Part shown: positions 15,001-29,023 of the stretch, piece after piece
How the letters are laid out: each line of letters begins with the position of its first letter
Numbering within the stretch: position 1 is the stretch's first letter
Assembly: GCA_051362555.1 (NCBI GenBank)
Contig: CM120645.1
Span: 19,406,001-19,470,000 of the forward strand
Source: Lingula anatina
Taxonomy: Eukaryota > Animalia > Brachiopoda
Length of the DNA: 64,000 nt
Direction of reading: 5' to 3'
Position numbers and translations under genes: made by a program
The notes under the pieces: model-generated
Told to the model about the DNA's origin: nothing
Database searches by the model: none
Seen by the model: only the letters and a program-made list of their open reading frames with translations

Positions 15001-17040
15001 GGTGGCTGCCCACATTTCCATAGTAAGGAGTTTTCAACTTAATGTTCAAGTTGCAAGAACATGCACGGGTCTTTTATACTGGTCATGGTAATTATTAACA
15101 TGTTGAGATTAGATGCGTCTGATTCAAGAGCATCACAGTGACTGTGCACTTTATACTTATTAATTAACAACTTGAAGGCCGGGGTAATCATTAATATATG
15201 TGACAAATAACTTAATGTTAACTATAATTCATTTAAGAAACTTTAGAATATTTCATGATCATAACATTAAAATCTTATCAAATAAGACACTCATACCCAT
15301 ATTTAACCCCTCATAACACTTACATTGGACATAACTATATTTAACCACTTTTTTATGTCATTCAAAAAGGTGTCACATGAAAGTGTTCAATATATCCTTA
15401 TTTTGGTTAATCTGAACAATTATGAGGCATGGTCAGCTTGTAATGAGATGACCACTGCTGGTTTTATTTACAAAATGTACTTTTTCTGACAAAGTTTTAA
15501 ATTTTTATTGTCAATATATTGTTTAGGGGGAAAAGGGGTAATATCAATTGAGCTGATCATTAAAATGATAAAATGAAAGTAGGCTATGTCACCTGACTAA
15601 AATGGAGGGATTCTCCAGACAGAATGGTGCCGCATCCCTTCTTGACTGGAACCACTTCTCCTCCCAGCACCACTTCCCAGGTCTCGTGAAGCTCGCCCAT
15701 CCGGGAAAAATCTTCATGCAAATGAGTCTTAAGTGGCTTTATTGGTTGACAGGTTTCACCGCTGTAGCCTGGATCACATCTGTAACGTTTCATGAATAAT
15801 AAAAATTACAAAAGCATACAGTCTACTCATCATCATCATCACAATAATAATAATAATAATAAATTTACAACAGTGAAAATTTCTCTAGACCTAAGATTCA
15901 CTTAAATAAAGGAAATACTTTTTCAATCAAAAACCACTTTGGGTCTACCTATATCCCTTATCTTTTTTCCAGGCTTTTTTTTTTACCTTCTAATGTTAAT
16001 TCCATAACCCCATAAAATCATCAAGAGGCAGATAAGTAAAAATCTAATTTGACTGCCACTACAGTAATTCACTGTCTCCAATATAATGACAAAAAATTTA
16101 TAACTGAAAACTCTAAAACTGGTCAATGGTCTATTTTATCAATGGTATTGGATTTTCCTTGGTTAAATAGAAAAAAAAATTTAAGTTGCAGGAATTTTTT
16201 GTTTATTTTTTTTTGTTCTGTATAGGTCTAACATATACATTGCAAAACTTAGACTTAAAATTAGGACCTAAATATATCCTTACCTACAAACCCCTTCAAA
16301 GCAGTTCCCATGTCCACTACATAGCTCTGGACACTGCTGACCAACATAGAGATGACCAACTGCCCAGCTGTCCCCAGGTGTCCACTGGGCTTGGTGCAGC
16401 CGTAACATGGTCGTCACTGACCTGTTATATATAAACAACAGAGGGCACTTTGGCAAATGTAATAACTCTTTTTTCCATCTTTGCATGATGTTCTGTCTTA
16501 TATACATGAGACTGCATCCTATTAATTTTTTAACTTAGAAATATGGTCATATTAATATTAGCCCCATGCCAAATGGCATTAAAATCAGGTAAATATAATC
16601 AGTTACAGGCCACCATTTTCAATTTGTATCAAGATTCTTCTACTCAGGTGACCTGAATAACCAGAAGACTTTAAACATTTTGGCACATACTCTGTTAGAG
16701 TTCTAAAAAGAGGTGCTGAGTCATTTTAACATATGTAATAGAAAAAAACAGCAACAAGTTTCATGTTTAATATGTATGTACCATGTATGAGCTGGCAGAG
16801 GCACAACCACTCTCTTCCACTGTCTGAACTCACTGGCAGAGTATTTACTGTCTGACTGGTACTGAGGACACTGCTGGGGTGGCAGGCATGAGCTCACCAC
16901 CTGTAAAATTAATATTTTATGATACCTTGATTAATGTTCATATAATATGAAAAAGCTTCACATTACATAATATTCGACAAATTAAGACACAGAACTTAAT
17001 TATATCAGCTTGGTTAAATGTTAACATCATCATCATCTTC

Positions 17041-17076
<36 letters not shown>

Positions 17077-20000
17077 TGACAAAGGTTTCACAACGCTTAT
17101 TTGGCCAATAAAGCTTAACAGTCCATAATCTTGAAGTTCATCATGCTATTTACAAAACAGTTACCCTTGAAACAATTAAGTTGTAAATGTATTAATTATT
17201 CATTCAAATGTACCACCACCATCATAGTTGTACCTTGTTCCAGTTCATCCCATGGTCAGTGGAGTACTCTAGCACTACGCTGTTGTCCACCATGTCCGAG
17301 AAACGCTGACCACACCCCAGGACGAGCTCAAACTCCACCTCATGGCTGGGTCCAATGTGGACAGCGTTAGTGGTGATGGAGCGGGATTCCTCTTGATGTT
17401 CTGGCTTCACAAATCTGGCAGTTTTCATAGAATTTAGCATGTAAAAAACTTGAGGTTTAAAATTGCAAATGAATGGCTGGTGTAATTCAAGTTTTCTTGT
17501 CAATACATTGCTTAGGAAATATCATTTATTCAAATTGGATTACATGTTAGGTTCAAGTAAATATAAAGCCTGATATTTGTGTTATCATAGTGACAATAAA
17601 AATGGAGTCATTTTTAAAGTACATTACATTTGTGCATAAAAATGTTTTCTGGACCTCATCATTAAACACACACACAAACAAAAAAAAAAGTAATTAAAAA
17701 AAAACAAACAAATAAGGCAATAGATCTATATAATAATTGCAAGTGCACAAAGTACATGGACCGTTGCTGAGATAGCATAAGAGATGTATGAAGTGATACA
17801 AACCTCACAGCATTTAATTTTCCACAGAAACTCCCAATCTCCCCCAAGTGTAATTTCACCCCACTGTCCAGTATGTGCAGCTTCCCTACGTCCAGGCTGA
17901 TTGTATTATACAGCTTACTGGTCAGGGAGATATCGTCCAGAGCCCAGATGTCCAGTTTGTGGCCCGAGTGATTTGGCTGCCACCAGCGGAAACGACAGCT
18001 TGGACCAATGGCAGAAGGCAAGAGATGAATAAATTCGACCCTAAAACAAGGCAGCAAAGCTGTCAAATGTACAGACAAAAAACAGGAAATAACTATGCAC
18101 AAAATAGGCTACTGTCAATTCTGATGCAAAAATACATTATGTTAAACTGCAAATTCAACATCAAATTTTAATTATCCTCAACAGGTAATACCAATGTAAT
18201 TAAAATATGTGACAAGTTTACACTTTGAAAATGTATATCTTCCAGAAAAAGAAGCCAATTAGACTACTTTTCCAACTCAGGCTGCATTTTAGTCCTGTAT
18301 TTCTTTTTTGAAAGTTTGGCAATTATAATTAACATGGTTTTCCCATAATGGTCATCATGGCAGCAGCACCCAAAATTGTGTTTTCTTCTATTCTGATGCA
18401 ATATTACATAATGGTTAACAGCCTAATGACCGTCAATTTTTAATAATAAAATATACGTATCATGGATTTTCAGAAAATGTGACTAGCATGGGTCTTCAAG
18501 CCCGTGGAACTTCAAACTCACACCTTGAAAATGCCAATATGTGAAAAATTAAATTTTCACAAAAAACTGTTTAACTGGCAGTAAGAATTACCAAGCAGCC
18601 AAAAAGTAAAACTGCCTTCCACTTATCGTGTTTATAATGAAAGTGCACAGCGCCGGCGACAGCGACGACAGGCGTAGGTGATGGCAATATGTACAGACAC
18701 ATCTGTACATATTTACTGTACTGTTTGAGAACAGTAAGTGACATGGTTCTTCTTAAATGGTCATCATGGGAGCAGTGCCCAAAATAGTTTTTTTTCAAAT
18801 TTTGATGCAATATTACATAATGTTTAACAGCATAATGACCATCAATTTTTAATAATAAAATATTAGTATCATGGATATTCAGAAACTGTGACTTGCAAAG
18901 GTCTTCAGGCCCATGGAACTTAAAAGTCACAACTTGAAAATGCCAAAATGTAAACAAGACAGCACTGTTCTGAAATGTTTTATTTCCATTTTTAACAATT
19001 TTTAACATAAAACAAAATTAACAGTTTACTGCCATTTTTATATGATCAACTAAGAAAATTGATGAGATGGGAAAAATATCAATAGAGCAGTGTTAAATGT
19101 CCAATTTCTTCCATTCTGAGATTCTGAACATAGTGAATGATTGAACCTGACAAACTGCATTGATATGAGTTTGATTCCATTTTTGAAACTTTATTACACA
19201 ATACACGATAACAACTTTACCATCATTTTTACAAAATCAACTAACAATGTTGTAAAGATGCAGGAAATGTCAAACAAACACTTTTACGTATCTTATTAAT
19301 TAAATAATGAAACTGTTAACATGTCTAAGAATTGAATCTGAGGAAATGTGAAAAAACAGCATAACTTCTAAAATAATGGCCCGATTATGCTGATTTTTTT
19401 ACTCAACCTGTGTTTTAGCAGGATTGACCACTCCTGTGAGTTTAATGACAATTGACCTGTCTGTTTTTCTTATATTGTGTTTACAGTGTTGCATATATGC
19501 TGAAAAGTGAAAAAAAGCATAACTACTTAAATAGTGGCCTGATCATGACGATTTTCGAACTTGACCTGCGTTTTAGTAAGATCGATTACTCCTGTGAGTT
19601 TCATGACAACAGGCCAATCGGTTTTCCTTGAAATGTGTTTACAGTGTTGCATATATGCTAAAAAGTGAAAAAAACAGCATAATTTCTACAATAATGGCCC
19701 GATCATGCTGATTTTCGAACTTGACCTGTGTTTTATGAATATTCATCAGCTCTGTAAATATAAAGCCAAAAAGTAAAACTGCCTTCCACTTATCGTGTTT
19801 ACAAGGAAAGTGCACGGCGCCGGCGACGGCGACGACGGCGACGGCGACGACAGACGCAGGTGATGGCAATATGTACAGACACATCTGTGTCTGTACATAA
19901 AAATATTCTACGTTATAACCTGAAAGTTTTCATCAGCATAGTATACCCATTATTTAATTATTATAGTAAGGACTAGAAGTCTTAAAAGAACAAGTTTATT

Positions 20001-20144
20001 TGATATTTTGTTGGGTAATTAGAACTTTGTGTTCAATACAAGTAGCTGCATGTACCATGTCCACTAAGCTAATATTATTATGTCCCCGAAAATCTTTCAT
20101 AATTTGAAGTTTATGATATTTGCTCTCAGCATTCTAAATTAATA

Positions 20145-20175
<31 letters not shown>

Positions 20176-23100
20176 CCTAGTATACCTTGGTGTTGTATAA
20201 TGGCTGGCAGTGAACATTTTCATTGTGTCCCACATTATCCCACCGTTACATGAAACATCCAGTATTACGGCTTCATCTGGTCGGTCAGGGGACAGACAGG
20301 CACTGACTGGTGACTCACTGCCTATACGCAGGCTAAACTGTAGATATCTATAATGAAATTTAAAAGTTACGAGCCTTCATATTTCAAGCTTCTGTTAACG
20401 GCATAAAGTACAAAGTAATACAATACGTAAGTTTATTGATACCTGACCAATAAGAGCCCCTCTTATGCCAACCCCAAATGAAATCTTGTCATTATGCTCT
20501 ATTCTGATACCCAATCCCAGGTCTTAAAAATCTAAGCACCATTAAAAATCACAACAAACTTAACCCCTTTCAACCTTTCCACTGCCTTCTCATAACCCCC
20601 TTCACTCCTCCTTCCTTATTATAATAAAGCCTACGGTAAAACTTGGTAATTTTGTCACTTAAAAATCAATTCAATTTCTTCAAATGCCTGAATCCAACTA
20701 GTCCGTATTATGTAACAAACTTTACAAAATTAAAGTGAGGCCCATTTTCAAGTTTGATGAAATTTTCAAGGTGTAAAAAGTTATGTTGACAGAGAATCAT
20801 TTTCTGACAAAATTTTCAAGACCAACTAAATGTTCAAGTTTTTAACATACCTTGACAAGGTGGTATTAAGATCCACAGTTTCTGCCTTTCTCATCTCATC
20901 TCCATTGAACACCAATGCCTTCCCACTGGCCACCACGCCACAGGCATAACTCAGTGTCGCCCCCTGGATGCTCATGAACCTTGCTGGTAGAACCTGAGGA
21001 CAATTATATCCTATTATCACTTAACCCACCTCAATGTTGGATATCACAGTGATAAAAGAAAATTACACTTATTGATTTGAATTTTAAAACACTTCCCTCA
21101 TTTTAATATTCTGATTATTTCAAGATTTATCATTATCAGACAATCACAACAATGCACAGTAACTTCTGACATGAAACCAACAAACTTTTCAAAACTTTCA
21201 AGTTATCAATTTACAAAACATTTTTCTAAAAGGGTAAATTAATCATTCATTATGTCAAAACTTACTGAATTACTACTGCAGTAGATATTTTTCCAGAAAG
21301 CTACATTTACAAGCAACAGGGAAAGCCTATGTTTGCCTAACTCCTCTGTCGTTTGGCTCAAATTTTGGAATAGTTGATAGGTAACCATAAAACTGAATGC
21401 CTTTACCAAAAATAATGTTCACCTACTATTGTGCAATCCACCTTAAGTTCATGTTGTAAATAAATAATTCAGAATATTTAAAACATCTACCTGGTCTGCT
21501 GAAGGTGACAACATTTCCACAAGTGATGTTGGATGTGATGCTGTTGTCTCCTCACAGGTGTCACCACTGTAGCCAAAGTCACATCTGGAATTTTCACATA
21601 ATTTATCACGGTGACCATGGCAACAAGGACAGCATTAGTTCCAAATTTTAAACAAATTTAAACATTTAAAAATGTTTATATCTTTGAAAAGGGAGGTTAG
21701 TAATACTATGTTTTTATCAGCATTGGTCTAGTTTTCTGTTTGCTTATTTATGTTCAAGATATCTCATAAAGCTTTTCACATATTTTTGATAAAACTTTCA
21801 GAATAGATAGGTATGCAGAAGGGAAAGGAATGAATACCATTTTACTTGATCCAGGTCTAAAATAATATTTTAAAATTTCCTTGGAGGAGATGGGAATCTT
21901 TGAGTGCTCTTTAGTCAAATCATGCCATCTAAAGTTACTAAATAAATATCATAATTTTTTGTTACTGGTTTGGAGGATATTTAAACTAAATCCTCCCACT
22001 TAAATGGAAAAGTTCCCTACATGCATCCACTCTCCTTGCAGTAACCATGTCCACCACACCCCTTGGAACAGGGTCCAATAAAAACTGCAAATAAGAAAAG
22101 ATAGATGGCGTCACTATACAGAACAAGTTTGTTAACAGTAATGCACAGCCCTCCCAATGCAAAGTTTACACACAAAATGCCAGTAATATAAAATCTGTGT
22201 CAAGGGAAATTAGTATATTGGTACCCCTTTTCTGATTTTTATTCAATTCATTTATGACTTGCACAATCCAACTTTTAGTTGCAAAATTAAATTTATTTTC
22301 ATTATTTTATTCTTTTCAGTGCATGATATATGCATCACAAATAGTAAATACTTTTAAGTTAGAAAAAAGTAGCAATTTTCAATACTGACAGTGTCAGGTC
22401 TCCACATGATAGTTACCTGTATCTATCCCCCAGTGAACTTGACCCGACCCTCCAACCTGTCGCCAGCGCAATCTGGTGGTGGATGTGAGAGCTGCATAGG
22501 GCAAAGGCACAGTGACACGCTGCCATCTTTGAAAAATAATTATTCATAATATAAAACAAATAAAATATGGGTGCTTTTACTACAGAGATTCTAAAGCAGC
22601 TGGACCACAGTTCACTGTCAGAAGGTGGTAATACTATCAATTAGTACTATATTAATAGTATCATTACGCACAAACTCCCATTAAAAAAATAATTTTAATT
22701 AGGATTTTTTAATAATGGTAGACTGGTGTTCTTGTATTATAAACTTGTTTTATGTAGTTTTTTAAATTTATTAAATGATCAAGATGACAGCCAATTGTGA
22801 GGGAACACCTACCCGCTAATCTCGAATGGTTTGAAGACAGAAGACATTGTGTGATGCTGTCCAGGACATCTTCCAGGCAAACATGGCTGATGGACTAGGT
22901 ACCAGTTGTCTCCCCGATCTGTGGAGAACTCCAGCTTCACTCTACCATGATAGTAAACACATTATTACATTTCTAATTTTGTTAAAAACACAATGTCAAT
23001 GACACAATTACAGCATATGATTTAAAATGATATGTTTCAAAGAAAAAAATCACCATCAGACCAGTGAACCAACAGAGCCCAAAATTGATGTGGATTAAAT

Positions 23101-26100
23101 TGAGATTATGTGTGACTTAAATCTAAGAGATGGATACACAGGCCCTTGTACTCGAGGAAGAGAAGCAGTAATGAGCAGTAACGGAGACATGGTCATGCAC
23201 CGAGGTGGATACAGGGACGAGAAGAGTAGGGAACCAAAACCGTGGGTACTGCCAACACCTATGCTAATAACTTACCTTCCATCACTTTTTGTGCCACAGT
23301 TCATGTTCAGACCAAACTGCACATAGTGAGAGGGCATGCTGGGAAGACGGGGCAGAAGCTGGATACTGTCAATGCTCCAAATATGGTTGTTCAGGCCTCC
23401 ATGCTTCTTCTGGATCCAGCAGATTCGAGATTTCATCTTTTTAGACTTCAGGTCCAGAGGAAGCGAGACTAACTTTGGTTTCTACAAATGATGTTATCGC
23501 ATGACATAATTTTGTGATTTTTTAGACATTAATTTCCACAGTTTTGGTACATAATGTTTTTTTTAGACCTTTTTTTTAAATCAAATATCAAAGCTAAAAC
23601 TGTTAATATGTCTGTGCTCCACTATAAATTTACACAATATGGTTAAATAATCCCTATAGAAGCAAAAAAAAATTGATATGTGTATCAGTATGTCAGTATC
23701 TGCTGCATCACACAGCTATGATTCACCATGGCAAAAACACTTAATTTGGTCAATTTTGTGGTACAGTGTACAGTGTATGAGTTGTTATTAAAAACTACAA
23801 ACAGTGAAGTCTGTACCCTGAACTTCTGAGGTGGCAATATGTCCAGTGTCCGAGTGTGACCTCTCTTGTCCTCAGAGTACACTAGAACCTCTAGACCATC
23901 TGTAAAGTTACCAAAAGAACAAGGCTCTGTACCTGAAACATGAAAATAATATATGTAAATTCAAACTTGCATAAAAATCTTTAGTATAACAATTTTATCT
24001 GTCAAACGATTACCATGATTATACATTGAACTTGTGGGCCAGATTATAAAGAACTGTGTGAACATTCAGAAGTATGTCAAGGATGCCCAGGAGACCTGTC
24101 ATGACCTGGCTTAGATGTCTGGCATGGCTGCTGAAGCTGGTAAACAATAGTTTATTACCCCCTAACAGCTTCAGTTGGTGTGGCAGATCGATCCACAGTT
24201 AGTATGATAGGGTCTGGAAATAGTCCCTATTATTATTACAGAGGTTCCATAGGTTTATGGTCCACACATGTGGCAATTCCTGGTTAGGACACATCTCCCA
24301 TAAAACATTTAGCAATTGCTGCTCCACCTTTTTTTTTTGACTACATCATAAATATGAACTCAAAAGAAGAGAATAAAACTCAGTCATAAGCCAAGGACTC
24401 CCTGTACTAGCCAACTCACCCATGGCAAAATAAAAGCGCACGCTCCCCACAGTGGTCATATCCATATAAGGAGTGCATAAATTACGTGGTCCTGCATGTG
24501 CAAACACCATTGCCTTCCCTTCGTGTATCACTCCACACTCATGGCCAGCAAAACTTCCTTCTTTGTGCCAACTAAAAAGATATGAATTGTTACATGGCAT
24601 ATTGCATTAATAACTGACACAAATGTGAACAAAACTGATTATTTGACTCTGGCATTGTTGGGTAGTGTTACCTGTAGAAGATAACCCAAAAGTCAAATTT
24701 TGCCAACTGAAGAAATTTGAAGGCATATTCAATCTCTACTGAAGACTAAAATTCTTTACTGCTACCAATCAATTAAGGAAAACCTTTCCTTTTGTCCTTG
24801 CTTATTTAAATTATCTCAGACAACTAAGACCATGGTACTTTTTGGCTCTTTATCAGTGGAAAATAAGTTTAAGTCTCCACATAATTTGATAATTTTTTGG
24901 AATAGACAATATTTCAAGAGGAAAGAAGCTATAATTACAATTTTAACTGAATCTCAGCCTCCTAATATTTTAAAAGAATTTCACATTGCTTTTTTCCATG
25001 GCCAACATCTGCTCTCTAGGAGTTCTCTCTAGTTAGTTAAAGTCTTTAATCAAATACTTAAAGGAACATATGCTGTACCACACAAACACCCACCCACCCT
25101 GTCAGATAACTATCCTCAAATGTCTGCTCCAGGATAATGTCCGAGATATCTGCAGCAGACAGGTCCATGTCTCGTGTTGTGGCCATGTTCTCTCCAGCCT
25201 CATTACCAAATATCATGGCACTGCCATCTGACTTACACCCCATCTGGAAGAAATATGATTCATTTGACTTACTGAACAAAAAAAAAAAAAAAAAAAAAAG
25301 ATGCAGGATTATCCTGAAGATTGCAACTACACCTTTTTCTTGGCCTCCAAAGTATATTATATCCAACACTCTTGACAAAATTTTGATTTATAAATCCATT
25401 TTATAGTTTTCACCTTTTCCTAATTTTTACTTAAACTCACTTTAATCATAGACCCTGGGAAAAACAACCACAAACTGGGATCTATAGGATCGAAGTCTTC
25501 CTGCAGTAAGGTGGGAGTGAGAGCCGTGTTGCTGATCAAAACATTATCCATTGCCCAGCAGCCGCCAAAACTGTCTGTGAACTCAGACCTCGCCTGCTGC
25601 CATTTGAAGCAGACACCATGTTTTTGAGCATTTGTGGGAAGGTGTATGATATGGGTCACAGTGTATGGGAGATCTGGTGCTCTGCAAGACAAACTTTGCA
25701 ATTATTTGAAGGGAATTTGACACTTTTTGAACAAAAAAGCTACCTAAAATCTCATCATTTCTTGGAAATTACTCCTAAATATCAGACATCTCACTTATGC
25801 CACTTTAACTTTTATTCTTTTAAGATTAATTCTTAAATTGGTAACCTTTTGTAATGAACATACATACTTATCACACCTTTTGACTCTTTTTTTTCTTGTA
25901 TCGGAGCAATGTTTTTGCCACTCAAAAAAAAATCAACATACAAAGGTTCTTTTCACATAAAACATAAGGTAGTTATCTTGCCACCTCCACTGATAAACAA
26001 GGTGACTGTTGAGCAAAAATGTTCATTAGCTTGGTTGTTGGATAAACATGAAAATTCTCAGACACAAGCCTAAAATTTTCTGTACCGTTAGCTTACGGCC

Positions 26101-28989
26101 AACCTGGCCAATCTGAATCATCCGACATCCTGCGAAAAATACGAGAGGCTATCAACATCAGCCGATACCAGCCACCCATGAAAGGGACGGGGGGGTTGAT
26201 CTACCCGACATTTACAAGAGGGTCCTGGCCGCTATACCACCTAGCGGTCAGTGAGTGTGAACAACTACTCACGTCAGTCTGATGAAGGCCTTCGACCAGG
26301 TTGACCGTAAGCTAACGGTACGGAAAATTTTAGGCTTGTGTCTGAGAATTTTCATGTTTAAGGTGGCTGTTATTGAAGATGCCCTTAACTCAGGACAGAG
26401 AACATAAGCTAAATACAGGAGGTACAACAAACGAAAAAATAGTAAATTTTCATTTTCGGGAAAAAAAATCAAGCAATATATCCAAGAGAACCCTGAGCTC
26501 ATGTAATTTTTTTTTGAAGAGCTACTCATACCTTATCTTGTCAATTTTTGTCCAATCAGAGCAGTTGTCATTGCTAGCGAAATAGATATTGATTGGTTCA
26601 TCTTCAACTGATGGCCGACAACTTCCTGGTGCTAAACATAAAAAAATAAGAAAAATAAAGTTGCTTTGAATCCTCTATCACTTGTGCAATTTAAGGTCTT
26701 CGCTGTATTACCACAATGTGCTAAAGGACATATGCTGTAACTGCCATTTTGTTTTTAAGTGTGGGCATGGTTCAGGGTCCCCAGGCAGCCCTCTCTCCCA
26801 TATCTAAAAATGAACTGACAATCACTTACTCAAAGCAAACTGAAGAGCTACTGCGGTGGTGGTGTTCAGTGGATTAGTGACCATGACCCTGTCTCCATCT
26901 GTGTGGCAGAAGACAGCTGAATTCCTGTACATCACGATCCCACATTTGTCACTGAGCTCTCCTCCAATTGTTGAAGACCTGGTAAAACATATATTAAAAG
27001 CTATATTTCTTTTTTTTATCTACATATATTCAGTTGTTCCATAAATCACTACACAATAAAACAATCCAAAATTTTAAGATTTATTGCTTCAACATCTTAT
27101 TCATTCATCACTTTCTAGCATTACACACTTATACTCAAGTAAAAAGGTGTCCAGCTTTTACCACCTACCACACTACGCTATCAAACTCTTGTCCACTTTC
27201 AAAATCTTCTCTCAAAACCATACCATCAGAGTGGATGGTGGTTAGTTTTGGACGAGGGGGCTTTGATTGGACATCTGAAATTAAAGGAGAGACCCAATGC
27301 ATGAACACAGAAATGAGGCCATATTAATAGGTGTTGTGTTTACATCGGGCAAAATCAATATATAAAGATGGTTGTAACTAAGATCAAATGCAATCAAACA
27401 GGAAAGGTAAAGACAAAGATCATTTGTGGGATTTTCACATTAGCAACTATATTCTGAATTATACATGCATATTACCAGCTGTTGCTTTTTTTCTTTTTTC
27501 TTTCTTTCTTTTTTTTTTTTCTTTTTTTTTTTTTGTATTTACTTTAGATAAAAGACTACTACCAGACAAAATTTTTTAAACTGAAATAATAATAATAAAA
27601 AAGAATAATCCCATCAAATTGTCACAGCTCTCCCCATAGATAAACTTAGAAAAGTTGGTTGCATTATGCCATACAGATACTACAGCTGGGGACAAGAATT
27701 CATTTTTTTATTGGCAATTCCTTGGGTCTCTCAATCCATCCATTTTGAAAAACAAAATGGTGTCTCCTAAATAAGATATTTAGAATTGGAAAAAAAGAGC
27801 ATGTAAGCATGAGTCTCCCACTTCTTATAAACTCTTGATCAACCTTTAAAACCATTACAAAAATTCATGACTGATTTGATTCATCTATGAAGGTTGGTTT
27901 TAAATTATAAATAACAAGGTTAAATAAAATTTATGAAAATCTGTAAAGTAACTGTATTTTATACTTCAATAAGAATGATCATATAATTATGCATATCTTG
28001 TGAATAAATCTTCTGACAAGTACCGTAAATATTGTTCAAAAACTAGATGATTCAAACTCAAAATTGAAAATCCAAGCACCAGGGCATGCACCTCTGGCTC
28101 TTACTGCAATCGATATGCTTTCAGTTTTCCCCTCTTTCCTTATCTCATGTCAGTTTTAACTTTAAGTGTGAGGAAATAACCACATGTCAAAACAACACAC
28201 ACAAAAAAAAAACTCTGTTCTGGAATTCATTCCTTCCAACATACCCCTATCAGAGTAAGCAGGGGCGTAACCAGGCATACGCACGGATGCACTGTGCGTA
28301 CAATTTTTTGAGCCAACCATGATATTATTCTCCATAAATTCAGTGTATTTTTCACTGAATATAATCGTACCTGGGAATTTTCAAAATCAGTGCGTACAAT
28401 TTTAAAAGGTCTGGTTACGCCCCTGGTAAGTACCAAACCTGGCTGGGATTGAGGAAAATTATCAATGAATTAACCAAGCGATGAACTGATGAACCAATGA
28501 ATGAGGTGGAACAAGTGATTTAATTGTTTATAATTGTCAATGATCAATTAATACATAATACTAAGACTACAAGTAAAGGAATTGATGGATAAATGAGAGA
28601 ATTTATGGATGTACAGATTACAATTAAGGCTGAATGGATGAATAAAAGAACAAAAGAATACACAAATAAAAACAGACACTCAACAGTCAAATTAATACAC
28701 CAATCATGTAAATCTGTGAATAAATCACTGGCAAGCCAACAAGTAAAAATTATAGCTAAACATGTTTAAAAACACATTTTTAAGGTTTGTAAATATAGCT
28801 TTACAGTTCTGAAAATAAACAAAATCTCACAGCCTGCTCAGATTTTCTTACCTCCTCTCTCACACAGTTGAAAGGCTGTGATGTCCTTAAATAGCACTTG
28901 CTGGCCTAGTGAGGCAGTGGCCCTGAAATTATAGGAATTTTAATTTCAACTATAGGAACCTGAGCCTCAATTTTAATGGTAAAGGGGAG

Positions 28990-29023
<34 letters not shown>

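Noticed and set aside
21690-21915. Possible reverse-oriented Helentron-like fragment (a similar remnant lies at ~38040-38125)
   Set aside because: Resemblance only. Too decayed to define ends or a hairpin by eye.
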